DNA of 63,875 nt, filler included, from Octopus bimaculoides (GCF_001194135.2; 6 parts of 3 records of this genome joined end to end with filler, not necessarily neighbours in it); one strand, 5' to 3'; shown: positions 13,046 to 26,115, counted from the first letter of the whole stretch. Numbers and translations are program-made. Notes: a model not told the origin generated them from the sequence alone.

Positions 13046-13150
13046 GTATGCACGTATGTATGTATGCATTGCATATATTTATATACAAACATCATTGTAT
13101 GCGTTTGTGTGTGTGTATCTCTCTCTCTCTCTCTCTCTCGCTCTCTCTCT

Positions 13151-13183
<33 letters not shown>

Positions 13184-13475
13184 CAGATATATACAAATAC
13201 ATACATACATCAAAGTTGTACACGTATACGTATAAATATTTTCCCATATGAACGATATGCACCGTTAACTTGATTTGAGGATCCAAGTTACAGTTGCATC
13301 ACTCATATATTTTACACTGTCAGGCCTGTCTGGATATACAGTGTGGCTGCAGTGAAGACCAAATGATATTTAACGTTTCGGTTCGTTTACATTTCACACA
13401 CGCTTTCTCTCTCTCTTTATCTCCCCCCCCTCTCTCTCTTTCTTTCTCTCTCTCTCACATACATAACTTTTATTA

Positions 13476-14479
13476 GGCGCAGGAGTGGCTGTGTGGTAAG
13501 TAGCTTGCTTACCAACCACATGGTTCCGGGTTCAGTCCCACTGCGTGGCATCTTGGGCAAGTGTCTTCTACTATAGCCTCGGACCGACCAAAGCCTTGTG
13601 AGTGGATNNNNNNNNNNNNNNNNNNNNNNNNNNNNNNNNNNNNNNNNNNNNNNNNNNNNNNNNNNNNNNNNNNNNNNNNNNNNNNNNNNNNNNNNNNNNN
13701 NNNNNNNNNNNNNNNNNNNNNNNNNNNNNNNNNNNNNNNNNNNNNNNNNNNNNNNNNNNNNNNNNNNNNNNNNNNNNNNNNNNNNNNNNNNNNNNNNNNN
13801 NNNNNNNNNNNNNNNNNNNNNNNNNNNNNNNNNNNNNNNNNNNNNNNNNNNNNNNNNNNNNNNNNNNNNNNNNNNNNNNNNNNNNNNNNNNNNNNNNNNN
13901 NNNNNNNNNNNNNNNNNNNNNNNNNNNNNNNNNNNNNNNNNNNNNNNNNNNNNNNNNNNNNNNNNNNNNNNNNNNNNNNNNNNNNNNNNNNNNNNNNNNN
14001 NNNNNNNNNNNNNNNNNNNNNNNNNNNNNNNNNNNNNNNNNNNNNNNNNNNNNNNNNNNNNNNNNNNNNNNNNNNNNNNNNNNNNNNNNNNNNNNNNNNN
14101 NNNNNNNNNNNNNNNNNNNNNNNNNNNNNNNNNNNNNNNNNNNNNNNNNNNNNNNNNNNNNNNNNNNNNNNNNNNNNNNNNNNNNNNNNNNNNNNNNNNN
14201 NNNNNNNNNNNNNNNNNNNNNNNNNNNNNNNNNNNNNNNNNNNNNNNNNNNNNNNTGTGTGTGTGTGTGTTTGTGTCTCTGTGTTTGTCCCCCTAGCATT
14301 GCTTGACAGCCGATGCTGGTGTGCTTATGTCCCCGTCCCCGTCACTTAGCTGTTCTGCAAAAGAGACCGACAGAATAAGTACTAGGCTTACAAAGAATAA
14401 GTCCTGGGGTAGATTTGCTCGACTAAAGGCGGTGCTCCAGCATGGCCACAGTCAAATGACTGAAACAAGTAAAAGAGTA
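13476..14479 (+). mobile_element. Full-length tRNA-derived SINE (family A) with internal microsatellite in a gap
   Basis: Head ggcgcaggagtggctgtgtggtaag...ggttccgggttcagtccc with Pol III A/B-box-like motifs. Tail ...catggccacagtcaaatgactgaaacaagtaaaagag. Multiple copies occur in the window. Confidence 0.9.
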
Positions 14480-14505
14480 TGTTCGTAATTAAGAAAAAAG
14501 AAAAT

Positions 14506-14832
14506 GACTGGCACTCCCTCGGTTACGAAGACGAATGTTCCAGTTGATCCGATCAACAGAACAGCCTGATCGTCAAAATTAATGTGCAAGTGGCTAAGCG
14601 CTCCACAGACTCGCGTACCCTTAACGTAGTTCTCGGGGAGATTCAAAGTCACACAAAATGTGAAGAGGCTGGTCCTTTCAAATACAGGTACAACTCAGTT
14701 TTGCTTGCTGAATGGTCTGGAGCAACGTGAAATAAAGTGTCTTGCTCTAGGATAAAATGTGCTGCAAGGTATCGAACTCACGACCATACGACCGTGAGTT
14801 GAATGCCCTAACCACTTAGCCACGTGCCTTCA
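14506..14832 (-). mobile_element. tRNA-derived SINE (family C)
   Basis: Its 3' part is the reverse complement of the 3' half of the 44835-45215 copy. A tRNA-like head lies at ~14760-14832. Confidence 0.85.
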
Positions 14833-14979
14833 CCAAGTTCGGAAATAAATTTACAAGCTTACGTATAATGAATATATAATTAATCCTGGTGTGCAAAAAT
14901 TAAGTCTATGGTTTAATCACAATGGCCCCCACCGTCTCTCTCTCCCCTTCTCACCCCTCCCCCTAGTTTCTTTCCCTCT

Positions 14980-15115
14980 TTGTATCTGTGGTAAGACGTT
15001 TGCTTCCAAACCACATGGTTCCGGGTTCAGTTCCACTGCATGGTACCTTGGGTGAGTGTATTTTGCTATGGCCTTGAGTTGAATGGATTTTGTAGAAACT
15101 GAAAGAAGCCTATCG
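14980..15115 (+). mobile_element. Family A SINE head fragment
   Basis: Matches the head at 13476-13607. Confidence 0.8.
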
Positions 15116-15875
15116 CAGAGAGAGAGAGAGAGGGGGGGCAGGTAGAGGGAGAGAGAGNNNNNNNNNNNNNNNNNNNNNNNNNNNNNNNNNNNNNNNNNNN
15201 NNNNNNNNNNNNNNNNNNNNNNNNNNNNNNNNNNNNNNNNNNNNNNNNNNNNNNNNNNNNNNNNNNNNNNNNNNNNNNNNNNNNNNNNNNNNNNNNNNNN
15301 NNNNNNNNNNNNNNNNNNNNNNNNNNNNNNNNNNNNNNNNNNNNNNNNNNNNNNNNNNNNNNNNNNNNNNNNNNNNNNNNNNNNNNNNNNNNNNNNNNNN
15401 NNNNNNNNNNNNNNNNNNNNNNNNNNNNNNNNNNNNNNNNNNNNNNNNNNNNNNNNNNNNNNNNNNNNNNNNNNNNNNNNNNNNNNNNNNNNNNNNNNNN
15501 NNNNNNNNNNNNNNNNNNNNNNNNNNNNNNNNNNNNNNNNNNNNNNNNNNNNNNNNNNNNNNNNNNNNNNNNNNNNNNNNNNNNNNNNNNNNNNNNNNNN
15601 NNNNNNNNNNNNNNNNNNNNNNNNNNNNNNNNNNNNNNNNNNNNNNNNNNNNNNNNNNNNNNNNNNNNNNNNNNNNNNNNNNNNNNNNNNNNNNNNNNNN
15701 NNNNNNNNNNNNNNNNNNNNNNNNNNNNNNNNNNNNNNNNNNNNNNNNNNNNNNNNNNNNNNNNNNNNNNNNNNNNNNNNNNNNNNNNNNNNNNNNNNNN
15801 NNNNNNNNNNNNNNNNNNNNNNNNNNNNNNNNNNNNNNNNNNNNNNNNNNNNNNNNNNNNNNNNNNNNNNNNNNN

Positions 15876-15910
<35 letters not shown>

Positions 15911-15919
15911 CATACATAT

Positions 15920-16025
15920 ATACGACAGGCTTCTTTCAGTTTCCGTCTACCAAATCCAATCACAAGGCTTTGGCCGGCTCGAGGCAATAGTAGAAGACAC
16001 TTGCCCAAGATGCCACGCAGTGGCA
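15920..16025 (-). mobile_element. Family A SINE fragment
   Basis: Reverse complement of the family A head and body. Confidence 0.8.
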
Positions 16026-16049
16026 GTATAATTTTTTAAAAATGGAGAA

Positions 16050-16190
16050 AAAAGACAGGAAAAAACAACAACGCGAGGACGTGGTACATGCAAACTATTA
16101 ATAAGATGCTCAGAGAAGGAAAGAAAAGGTGTTTTATGTTTCGAGCAAAGCTCCTGTTCACAAACAGGAGACAGAGGAAAGTCCAAGATA
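16050..16190 (-). mobile_element. Penelope-like 3' repeat fragment with degenerate hammerhead-like motif
   Basis: The minus strand reads gagc-ttt-gctc-gaaa-cata-aaac, the same hairpin-then-GAAA layout as 62067-62103. The CUGANGA box is destroyed. Confidence 0.45.
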
Positions 16191-16279
16191 GGTAGATAGA
16201 TAGATAGATAGATAATTTACTGACTTTGTTCCATATGAATCACGAAAATATTTAGCTGTGGTGTAACAGGTATTAAGCC

Positions 16280-16350
<71 letters not shown>

Positions 16351-17107
16351 NNNNNNNNNNNNNNNNNNNNNNNNNNNNNNNNNNNNNNNNNNNNNNNNNN
16401 NNNNNNNNNNNNNNNNNNNNNNNNNNNNNNNNNNNNNNNNNNNNNNNNNNNNNNNNNNNNNNNNNNNNNNNNNNNNNNNNNNNNNNNNNNNNNNNNNNNN
16501 NNNNNNNNNNNNNNNNNNNNNNNNNNNNNNNNNNNNNNNNNNNNNNNNNNNNNNNNNNNNNNNNNNNNNNNNNNNNNNNNNNNNNNNNNNNNNNNNNNNN
16601 NNNNNNNNNNNNNNNNNNNNNNNNNNNNNNNNNNNNNNNNNNNNNNNNNNNNNNNNNNNNNNNNNNNNNNNNNNNNNNNNNNNNNNNNNNNNNNNNNNNN
16701 NNNNNNNNNNNNNNNNNNNNNNNNNNNNNNNNNNNNNNNNNNNNNNNNNNNNNNNNNNNNNNNNNNNNNNNNNNNNNNNNNNNNNNNNNNNNNNNNNNNN
16801 NNNNNNNNNNNNNNNNNNNNNNNNNNNNNNNNNNNNNNNNNNNNNNNNNNNNNNNNNNNNNNNNNNNNNNNNNNNNNNNNNNNNNNNNNNNNNNNNNNNN
16901 NNNNNNNNNNNNNNNNNNNNNNNNNNNNNNNNNNNNNNNNNNNNNNNNNNNNNNNNNNNNNNNNNNNNNNNNNNNNNNNNNNNNNNNNNNNNNNNNNNNN
17001 NNNNNNNNNNNNNNNNNNNNNNNNNNNNNNNNNNNNNNNNNNNNNNNNNNNNNNNNNNNNNNNNNNNNNNNNNNNNNNNNNNNNNNNNNNNNNNNNNNNN
17101 NNNNNNN

Positions 17108-17149
<42 letters not shown>

Positions 17150-17509
17150 GTGTAGCTTCAGGTTAGTCTGATGAAAAAAAACTTAGAATCAAAGGCGTTC
17201 TAACCGTGACTATCCAGTATTTTTTCTCGGATCCCCCGAAACACTGTCTGAGAAGATAATATTGTATGTGTTTTCCTTCTCATTTTTTAAGATGGTAGGT
17301 TGTCTTCCAAAACACGATTTCCCCCTGATAATTGTGACTGGGCAATTTCCCCAATTAACAAAAAATTAAGAAAATTAAGAAGGAAAAAAACCTACAACTA
17401 AGGGGATATAAATAAATATTAACGAAACTAATATGGGTTCAGTGAGTGGGGCCGGTGCACATTGATGCCGTCGAGAGGTAGGCATCGAAATGGCGCGCAT
17501 TCTCTCCCG

Positions 17510-17536
17510 ATGACTCCATACACTTGCTGGCTTCCG
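17510..17536 (+). other. Candidate first coding exon (speculative)
   Basis: ATG at 17510, encoding MTPYTCWLP, with donor ccg|gtatgt. It sits in a locally GC/CpG-enriched patch with aaatggcg and cttccgg motifs. Confidence 0.2.
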
Positions 17537-17769
17537 GTATGTGCAAGTTGTTTGCAAGACATTTGCTATCCAATAAGAATAACTGCCCAACAATATTCTT
17601 ATATCACTATAATTAAACCACTAAAATTGCAAATTATGGACTAGATACTGTATAGCTAGCTGTCACTTGCAAGCAAATATAGTTTGGTGATATGTACTAT
17701 GCTTTCGCTAAATGTTATTGGTCTCTGTCTAGTCGCAGGCATAGCCATTGTCTCGGTTCTCTTATTTAT

Positions 17770-17960
17770 GACCTAGCGGTATATCCAATATGTGTTAGCT
17801 GGAGAGAAAGAGGGATACATCGTTACTCTGTAGGTAGTCACATTTACAACTGAGTAGACTGGCACAAAGCGAAATGAAGTACGTTGCTCAGGTAAGCAAC
17901 GCAATACCCGGTCCAGGAAGTGAACCCACGATCTTACGAGCCATGCGCCATCGCACATAT
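17770..17960 (-). mobile_element. Diverged tRNA-derived SINE fragment
   Basis: Reverse-complemented head (gtgggttcacttcctggaccggg...ctgagcaacg) similar to the family B/C heads. Confidence 0.6.
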
Positions 17961-18706
17961 ACAATGATTAATTGTTACAGCAGTTAGCATTGCAGAATAA
18001 ATAATTGTCAGACAGTAAGTATCCAGGAGGGGTGGGTTGTCTTGAGTGGATGTGGGTGGGAGATACAGTTATCTAAGGCCAGTTGTTCGAAGAAGTGAGC
18101 AATTTACCTAATAAAGTGAGCTGAGGGCGATTTGGTTATAATTTCTAACGGATTGAGTGACTACAGGAAGAATCCTTCGTTAAATTATTTTATGTGTTTA
18201 AACTAATGTTTATCCTTTTTTAAATTCAAATCTTGCCAAAAGTCGAAGAAAACTGAAGAAACGGAATTAGAATCAAGTGTTCTAATTATAGTCACATTAT
18301 GTCTCCTTCTGTTGTTAATATTCTCCGATGAGCATACTCCATTGTAATAACTGTTATGTACTCGATTGTTAATTATTTTATAACTTCGTTATTGAACAGT
18401 TATGCACCTGGTTACCATAGATATTGGCTTTGTTTAACATAATACATCACCAGTCCCTAAAGACAATTCATATAATTGACGCAAATAGCTCTCTTTTTCT
18501 TTGATGTAAAGCAAAACATTATTATAATTACTGAAGTGATTATGTATTATTCTGATTATCATATGATTTATTAACTTCATTTCTATTGCCATTTGACTGT
18601 ACAAGCTCACTGTTGAGAATGTTTTAAAATAGCAACACTCACTCACGCGCACACGCACACAGACACACACACACACACAGACACACACACACAGACACAC
18701 ACACAC

Positions 18707-18741
<35 letters not shown>

Positions 18742-19490
18742 GACACAGACACACACACACACACACTCTCTCTCTCTCTCTCTCTCTCTCTGATGGTTCT
18801 GCAGCTACATATTATCAAAATAAAGCAGAGATGGATTGCTCTGAAGGCAGGACGGCACTGAGTAGCATTGTGTAGTGGATCTTGCAGGCATGAAGTGGAT
18901 TCGGTCCACTATAGCCAAATTTCAAGTAACAGTTCAACAGAACTTTTCTCACGGTGGAACAATAGTTTTTCTCTGACAGCAGTTTTACATTTGCCAAATT
19001 GCCTTAGCTAGGCCGAAGTAATGTCTTCACTTGACCCTTCTAACCTCTTCTATTCCACCAAAAGCTAGAATTAAGATAACAAGACCACCAACAAAATCTA
19101 TTGTTCTCAACGATATGTCTATCCTTCTGGATAAGTTATAAAAGCAAGAACCCTAAGCAAAAATCAGTTAGTCACCTGGTGATAACTCAGTTAGTCGGTT
19201 CGTGACAACTCAATCAGTTAGTTAATGAATGACAACTCGAGTCAGAGACAGCTATCATCAGTTTGGGAGAGGAACGCTAGAATCATGATCACAAGCAAGG
19301 CAGCTACTAAAGACAATGGTCAAATGGAGAAATGACATTTACTGTCAGCAGCTGAGTCCCAACTTTCCACACTCATCTTCACTAACTCAATTCGTCTTCT
19401 CTACACATTACCATATCTCTTTCTATGGTTTACTACTACAATAAGAACACACTGGCCGAAATTAACTTTTTTTTACTTCGCACGCTCTAG

Positions 19491-19518
19491 GATTTTATCA
19501 CCTGCCCGTTGAGGCAAG
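19491..19518 (+). other. Candidate internal exon
   Basis: Acceptor ttttttttacttcgcacgctctag| and donor aag|gtatat, with an alternative donor at 19535|gtaaat. An open frame encodes DFITCPLRQ. Confidence 0.3.
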
Positions 19519-20039
19519 GTATATTCGATGTAATGGTAAATAATTTTTTTCTTCAAAACTTCAATCACTGTTCTTTCATCTTTACATAATGGCAATCAAC
19601 GAAGAACCAATCCTTACAAACAGATTACATTCCATCCTACTGTGTATCAACTATCGTGTACCATATCAACGTTACACAAAAATTGATTCTAACTGTTACA
19701 GTTGTAATATTCCCAGAATCAATTTATTTCTAACTATTAAATAACCTTAAAATGCGATGTAACCTGTCCCACAAATACTACTAGTGGATTTGAACTCATA
19801 GATCATGAGGCGATAGTGAAGTACCTTGGTCATACAGCTGCTCAGAATCTTATGTATGTAGGTATGTATGTATGTATACGTATGATTGTGTTCATATGTA
19901 TGTTTATATGTTTATAGCCAGCAGCAAACAAATTGCTAATAAAACTAACGAAATATGATAGTTTAATGAAACAGTATTTGTTTCAAAGCGGATATTGCAC
20001 CATGCTAATTTAATATACCTACCTACAATAGAAGCTCGA

Positions 20040-20086
<47 letters not shown>

Positions 20087-20186
20087 NNNNNNNNNNNNNN
20101 NNNNNNNNNNNNNNNNNNNNNNNNNNNNNNTTAATTAATTAANNNNNNNNNNNNNNNNNNNNNNNNNNNNNNNNNNNNNNNNNNNN

Positions 20187-20214
<28 letters not shown>

Positions 20215-20221
<7 letters not shown>

Positions 20222-20340
20222 TAATTTGTCCTTAGTCGAAAGACATCCGTTGTTAAGTCCTGTTTTATTATTTTTATTGTATTGTGTAACATTGTTCGTT
20301 TTTTTTTTTTCCGTCCTTGTTTTTGTATACATTCGCTGCT
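20215..20340. repeat. Unclassified dispersed repeat fragment
   Basis: taatttgtccttagtcgaaagacatc...gtatacattcgctgc recurs as a longer copy at ~40935-41050. Confidence 0.7.
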
Positions 20341-20598
20341 CCCGGCATTTCTCGTCTGCTTTCTAATATCGGTAAATTCGACTTATCTTCTAGTACCGAG
20401 CCTCAACAGAAAACATGAATGCGATAATAACACCTATCCACCCCACCACACTACGCAACCTAACCACTAAAGACAGAATAATACATAAAATATCTATTAT
20501 ATAATGAAGCTATTTTATCTTACGCACGCCTTCATCAGCAAATATGCGGTTTTGTGCTTATATTCAAAAATAAACTTTATATTTACTACTACTACTAA

Positions 20599-20667
<69 letters not shown>

Positions 20668-20699
20668 ATATCTATTATTTACTTAATATTTCTCTGATC

Positions 20700-20915
20700 A
20701 AATTGGCGACGAACTGGCTGAATCGTCACGGCACCGGAAAAAAATAAAAGATTGCTTAGGGGCATGTTTTCCGACTTTACATTCTGAGTTGAAATGCTGC
20801 CGGGCTTGACTTTCCCTTTCATCCTTTCGGTATCGATAAAATAAGTACCAGCTGAACACTGGNNNNNNNNNNAATTGCTGGCCTTGTGCCAAAATGTGAA
20901 ACCAATATTTCCCTA
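20700..20915 (+). mobile_element. SINE family D copy (ggcggcgagctggcagaa... head)
   Basis: The same sequence family recurs at ~27262-27410, 29790-29900(-), 50013-50220, 51680-51840, 60512-60920, 61280-61390(-), 62640-62850(-), 63300-63520(-) and 63835-63875. Confidence 0.85.
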
Positions 20916-22120
20916 ATCAGTACTTTGACTACTACTATGGCTACTACTGCTTTTGCTGTTTCTGCTCCTATTACTATTACAGTGACAATTTACCTTTAAA
21001 ATATATGATACTGAAATGAATAACTTCATAACTCATTATTAAATTATTGCTAATGATTATAATGGCCGCATAATTTTAGTGAGAAACAAAATTTAATTAT
21101 AAGTTATTGGGGCTGCAGTGTATATAAATTATAGAGTAGAAGCGTGTATAATTTCCAGGCTGTAATCTATAGTTTAATCTGACGTGAGAAAGGAATATTA
21201 TTCAAAAAAGAAAAAGAAATGAAGTGAAATATAAGTGATTCGAAAGAAGTGATCTTAAAATTATTGGTGGCATGTCGTTTTACTGTTCGAAGAGATAATT
21301 TCTTTATTTCTTTCTTTATTTATTTATTATTGTTATTATTATTATGTTCGTTATTGCATCAGAGAGAGATTAAACGGTGTGAAGTCTCGTATTGTATGCA
21401 AGAAACACATCCACGCATTTTGAAGTGGGTTAACGTATTGATGGATTAACAGCGATATAGAGGTGGTGGTGGTGGTGGTGGTAGTAGTAACTATTGACTG
21501 CATCGAAAAATAATATTCACGATGGGCGAATCGATAAGGTTTCAGACTATCCTGACGTTTGGTCGATGGTTTCTGCCCTGCCCACTTATGTCATCACGAA
21601 GAGACCAAGATATGTAATATTTAAGGTTGTCTCTACAGATATTCTATAGAAACTATGACCAGCACTGATTTTTGCTACGACGTTTCGTATCGAGACGTCA
21701 GGTGTAAACCAGCAATGAGATCGGAGATATGTGACTCTCACCTAATCAATCCATTTTGTTTCAAATAGGTGACATAAGTAGTTATAACTCACTGCATTCA
21801 CTAACGGAGTGTAATGTTAACATATGCTGAAATCAAGCTTTGTAAATACCCGGATTCCGATATTATATAATCACGTAATGGAATTGAATTGTACAGCCGC
21901 TGTGTTAAAGTTAGCTTTCAAATAACTCAAATGATGTATAAGTAGTAAAGACGATCTTGTCACGGTCCTTTCTGCAACCTATCCATTGTTCCTATCTTTA
22001 TGCTCACAACCTCTTCTAAAGCATAGACTACTGTTAGATATATGCTTTAGGCCTTTCGAGTTAGTTCCAGGAATACCCAGTCTTTCTGATTTCTGCTAGA
22101 CAGTTTCGGGGATAATTAAG

Positions 22121-22995
22121 TATACGAACGTTTCGCTTTCTAATGAGCGAACATTTGTCAGAAGGCCTCCAGGAAAGCGAAACGACTCATGTTATATGAT
22201 GAAAACAGCGAACTTTGGCGGTAATAAGCTGATGCTTTGGGGATACATAAAAAGCGATGGTTCAAGAAAGTTGGTTAAAACTGACAATAACTTGAATATT
22301 GCCAAATACATCCAGTTGCTGAACAATATGATGCCAGACTTGGATGAAGGTGAGATTTTCCAACATGACGGAGCTCCGTGGCACAGATCTCGTGCGATAC
22401 AACAAAGTCTGGCTGATGACGGTGTTACGGTATTGGATGATTGACCATCTCAGAGCCCTGACTTAAATATCATCGAGCAAATGTGGACAGAACTGAAGAG
22501 AAGAGTTCGTCAGAGGAATTCACGCAATCTTGAAGAGTTGTGGCAGCTCAGCCACAGAGAATGGCATCTCATACCTGTGAAAATGGTGAAGGATTTGTAT
22601 ACATCTCGTCCCAGGCGCATTGAAGCAATTATTCAAGCCAAGGAAAGCCACACAAAATATTAACAATATACAGTTACTTCTTCAAATGAACATTATGAAC
22701 ATTATGCTATAAATTTTTATTATAGATATTTTTCTCTTTTAAAACCCTGTTCTTGATTGTTTTATATGAGGTGGCTGAAAACTTTTGCACGGCCATCTTT
22801 GGTGGTCGTCTCGTATCTTCCCCTCTCGTTCAGAACCCCTACTACAAAATATAATGATTAGGTATGGAAATGACTCCAACAGGACCAATGTTTCATCTGT
22901 AAAATAATGCAATTCGAAACAGTCACTTATAACTTGGCAATTAGTAGAAATTTACAATAGTTTAAAGTGGCCGAAGACTTTTGCACGATACTGTA
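22121..22995 (+). mobile_element. 5'-deleted Tc1-like DNA transposon: transposase pseudogene plus right terminal repeat and TA
   Basis: Translates to FVRRPPG...KTANFGGNKLMLWG...FQHDGAPWH...VLDD*PSQSPDLNIIEQMW...SRPRRIEAIIQAKESHTKY*. The end ...gtggccgaagacttttgcacgatactg at 22993 is followed by TA at 22994-22995. An inner copy of the same motif lies at ~22768-22794. Confidence 0.92.
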
Positions 22996-23634
22996 AAAAT
23001 CTGGGAAATTTCAGAGCAACTGTGGCTTCTTTAACTAACTTACGCAAAATAATATTAGTTTTAAATTTTCTGGCGTTTGCCTATCCAAAGCATTTTCATA
23101 AGTTTGTCCTTAACATCTATGCTTGTTTTCAGACTTTGTCCTTGTTTCCTACATACTGAGGAACATAAAACTTCCCTTTTATAAGTTCTAGGATACACAG
23201 ACACAAATTGGGAATGTGTATCATATATGATGCATGGACGCCAGGGAAGAAGTTTCTGTGTATCACATGTAATACACAGGCCAGGCAAATGTGTGATCGT
23301 CACTCTTTACCAATGCTAAAACAACATCAAAAGATGATCGGTTGGTTACCAGAATTTAACAACGCCTTTCAAGATATGTCATTTGGTTTCTTTATTTATT
23401 TAACTACAAATACTTTCGTGGCTCTTACTGAAGTTCAAGTTTCAGTTTTAGTCCGATGTTACAATTTGTAGTGTCTACTGAAACTTATATCTTCTATTAT
23501 GTAAGGAACTATATTCACACACAATACGGCTATCCTGAAGGACCCGCCATGAACAAGCGCTCATTTTCACAATGTTCATTAAATTCATGTTTACTAATGC
23601 CTTATACTTTATTTTGTCATTCCTTGTTGCTCAG

Positions 23635-23677
23635 TAATCGGTGAAATAACAAGAAATGAATTTAATTTCCGAAAAAC
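23635..23677 (+). other. Candidate internal exon (43 nt)
   Basis: Branch-like actaat, long pyrimidine tract, ctcag| acceptor and consensus |gtaagt donor. Only one frame is open (IGEITRNEFNFRK). Confidence 0.4.
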
Positions 23678-24592
23678 GTAAGTACCTGCAAAATGTTCAC
23701 AAAATACAAACAAAGGCCAGCTAGGAAGCAATGAAGTATTAACTGTAAAGTTACAGGTAAAAGACTTCAGTGAACCTGTGCAGCTGCCGCGTCTGTATCT
23801 CGTATGAAACTTGTGTAATTATAGTGCAATATGCCACTCTAACTACTTAATGCGTCGCTTTTGGCGCAAACGCCATTTTTGAAACATATGAATCCATATA
23901 AAATGACTGAAAGTGAAAACAAACCCCATCCCATGACTGATTTAGAAATGGACGACGTTAATACTTTTATCGCATTCAAGAAACCATAGTGGTATTGTTA
24001 TTCTTTAGTTGTCTTATTGTCAATAAAATATGACACCAAACACCTGCTTGCCTTTTCTGCTTGAGTGATTGAACTTGACAATCCACTCGCATAAATAATA
24101 CTTGAAAGCAAGTTATGTTATCTGATTTATCATTCTTGCAGATATATGACTGAGCATCTACGTGGATGCTCCGTTTGCTAAAATTAGCACCTGAATTTCC
24201 TTCATCTCACGTTCTACAATCTTAAGTATGGGATTGACATATATAATATTGCTCTTGTTAGTACTATGCAAACGCGTGATGGTAACAGATAAAACATAGA
24301 CTTGCTTGCACAGTGTTAACACGGAACAACTAATCGACAGTAAATAACACAGAGCTATATACACTCGGTATTATATATCAATTAAGCGTGTTGATCACAG
24401 ATACAAAATAGCCTCAATAGTGGGACGCGAAACACCAACCGCGTAATAATGAGAGTAATAGTAGCAGCAGTAGCAGCAACGGCAGATGCAACAGTAGTAC
24501 TGTAACCACAGATTATTTCTAATTGACTTGACGTGATAATTTATATTCCAGGTGTGACCAACCTGTAAAGTTTATTTCTTAACAGACAGTAC

Positions 24593-24663
<71 letters not shown>

Positions 24664-25289
24664 ATATATCTCTGATCGATCAAACGTATTCAACTCCATT
24701 CCAAATGTGACCATCCTATAAAGTCTTTTTCCAACACATTATATGGGCTAAATTATTTTCCATTTTGTCCTTAACAGGACCGTCTGTGGTTTCAGTGAAG
24801 GAGAATTAGAAGCTAGTTCTACAATTTTTGTGGGTGTGTTGGGGCTTCCTTACTTCTTCATGGCGTACTACGGTAGTATTGCTGATTATATTGGTGCCGA
24901 ATATGGGTACTAGCTCCAGAGAAAATCCGCTCCCGCACTTCCTGTAATCTTACAAAGGACCGTAAATTAAAATGTAATGTACCCCGTAAATACCACATTC
25001 ATTCTCTGTTTTGTAAATGATGAAAGATAGTTCTCTATATTTAGTTCATTTATGTCTTGCTATATTCTTTGAAACCCTCATAATCAGAGTCAAAAATACA
25101 ACCACTCTTTCAAGAGACGGATAAGATACCAGGGAATGTTATTCATTTAAGCACCGATAGAAGTCGAACAGGAGCTGGAGCCTATGTTACTAAACAAAGT
25201 GCTAACGAAGTACGTTTATCAGTGAAACACTTCAGTCAGTACATAATAGCATTGCCTAGGGTGTTTGAATACAAATTATTCCACATAGT

Positions 25290-25645
25290 CAACACGCAAT
25301 CACTTCTGGTGTAACGTTACTAGACAGGGTGCGTAACTCGATAATGAGAGAGTCTCTCCAGGTCGAGTAGCTATTTCTCTGCAGTGAGAGGTCACTGCTC
25401 TGGCAATATGGACGTCTGATCAGAATTTCAAAAGAAAGAATCGCAAGACGGCTTCTTAAAGTCAAAGCAACAGAAAGGAGACCTAAGGCTTTACCAAGAG
25501 CGAGATGCTTGGATAATATTCATAGTTTCAGTTGGTCACGATCGGGAATCCAGCTGGAACATTTAATGACAGTGGCTCTGGATAAGACCTTATAAAGGCG
25601 GTGCCCGATGACTCTACAACTACGATCCTCTCAGGAAAATGCATG
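25290..25645 (+). mobile_element. RTE LINE 3' end fragment
   Basis: Translates to GVTLLDRVRNSIMRESLQVE*LFLCSERSLLWQYGRLIRISKERIARRLL...RRPKALPRARCLDNI. This matches the RTE DRxRN...ERxQLRWYGHVxRM...GRPRxRW terminus. Confidence 0.85.
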
Positions 25646-25724
25646 AATATACATGAGTGCATGTATGCCTGTGTCTATGTATGTATGTATGTATGTATGT
25701 ATGTAGCTCTATGTATGTATGTAT

Positions 25725-26115
25725 GTATGTCATTATTCAGTTTTATTTCAAGATTTCTGGCCAATAGAGAAAGAACCGGTTTCTAACCTAGATTTATGAC
25801 TTCATTGCAAATTCAACATCAACAACAGGGTATTTTTGTATGTATGTATGTATGTATGTATGTATATGTGTAGATTTGTATGTTTTGTTTTATGAATGTA
25901 TTTTCATGCACATACTTGCATGTCTCGACACGCTCATATATATATATATATATATAAATGATAAACTTTTGGAAAGTTTTACAGATTTTTACAGTTCCAG
26001 TGAGGGATTGGATCTGTAGTCTTCGAATTAGCTTTCTCCTTTCTGGTTTTGAGAATCTCAATTTCTCAAGATTGGTATTTAGGCAGTATGTTACATATCA
26101 CAATGCCCCAATATT
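25725..26115 (-). mobile_element. RLE-type LINE 3' end with (TACA)n-associated 3' UTR
   Basis: The minus ORF ...SKPERRKLIRRLQIQSLTGTVKICKTFQKFII and its UTR match the plus-strand copy at 30045-30545. It is bounded on the 3' side by (TATG)n tracts. Confidence 0.85.

Noticed and set aside
20131-20142. TTAATTAATTAA islands inside N-runs, also at 40569-40580, 49491-49502, 55027-55038 and 59959-59970
   Set aside because: An identical all-frame-stop 12-mer sits within ~100-bp gaps each time. This is an assembly or scaffolding spacer, not biology.
21672-21710. Minus-strand cctgacg...gaaacgtcg, hammerhead-like words
   Set aside because: It lacks A9 and pairing stems I and II.
23061-23471. Cys-containing ORFs on both strands, faintly like a piggyBac Cys-rich domain
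   Set aside because: Cys/His spacing does not fit well and there are no upstream transposase motifs.
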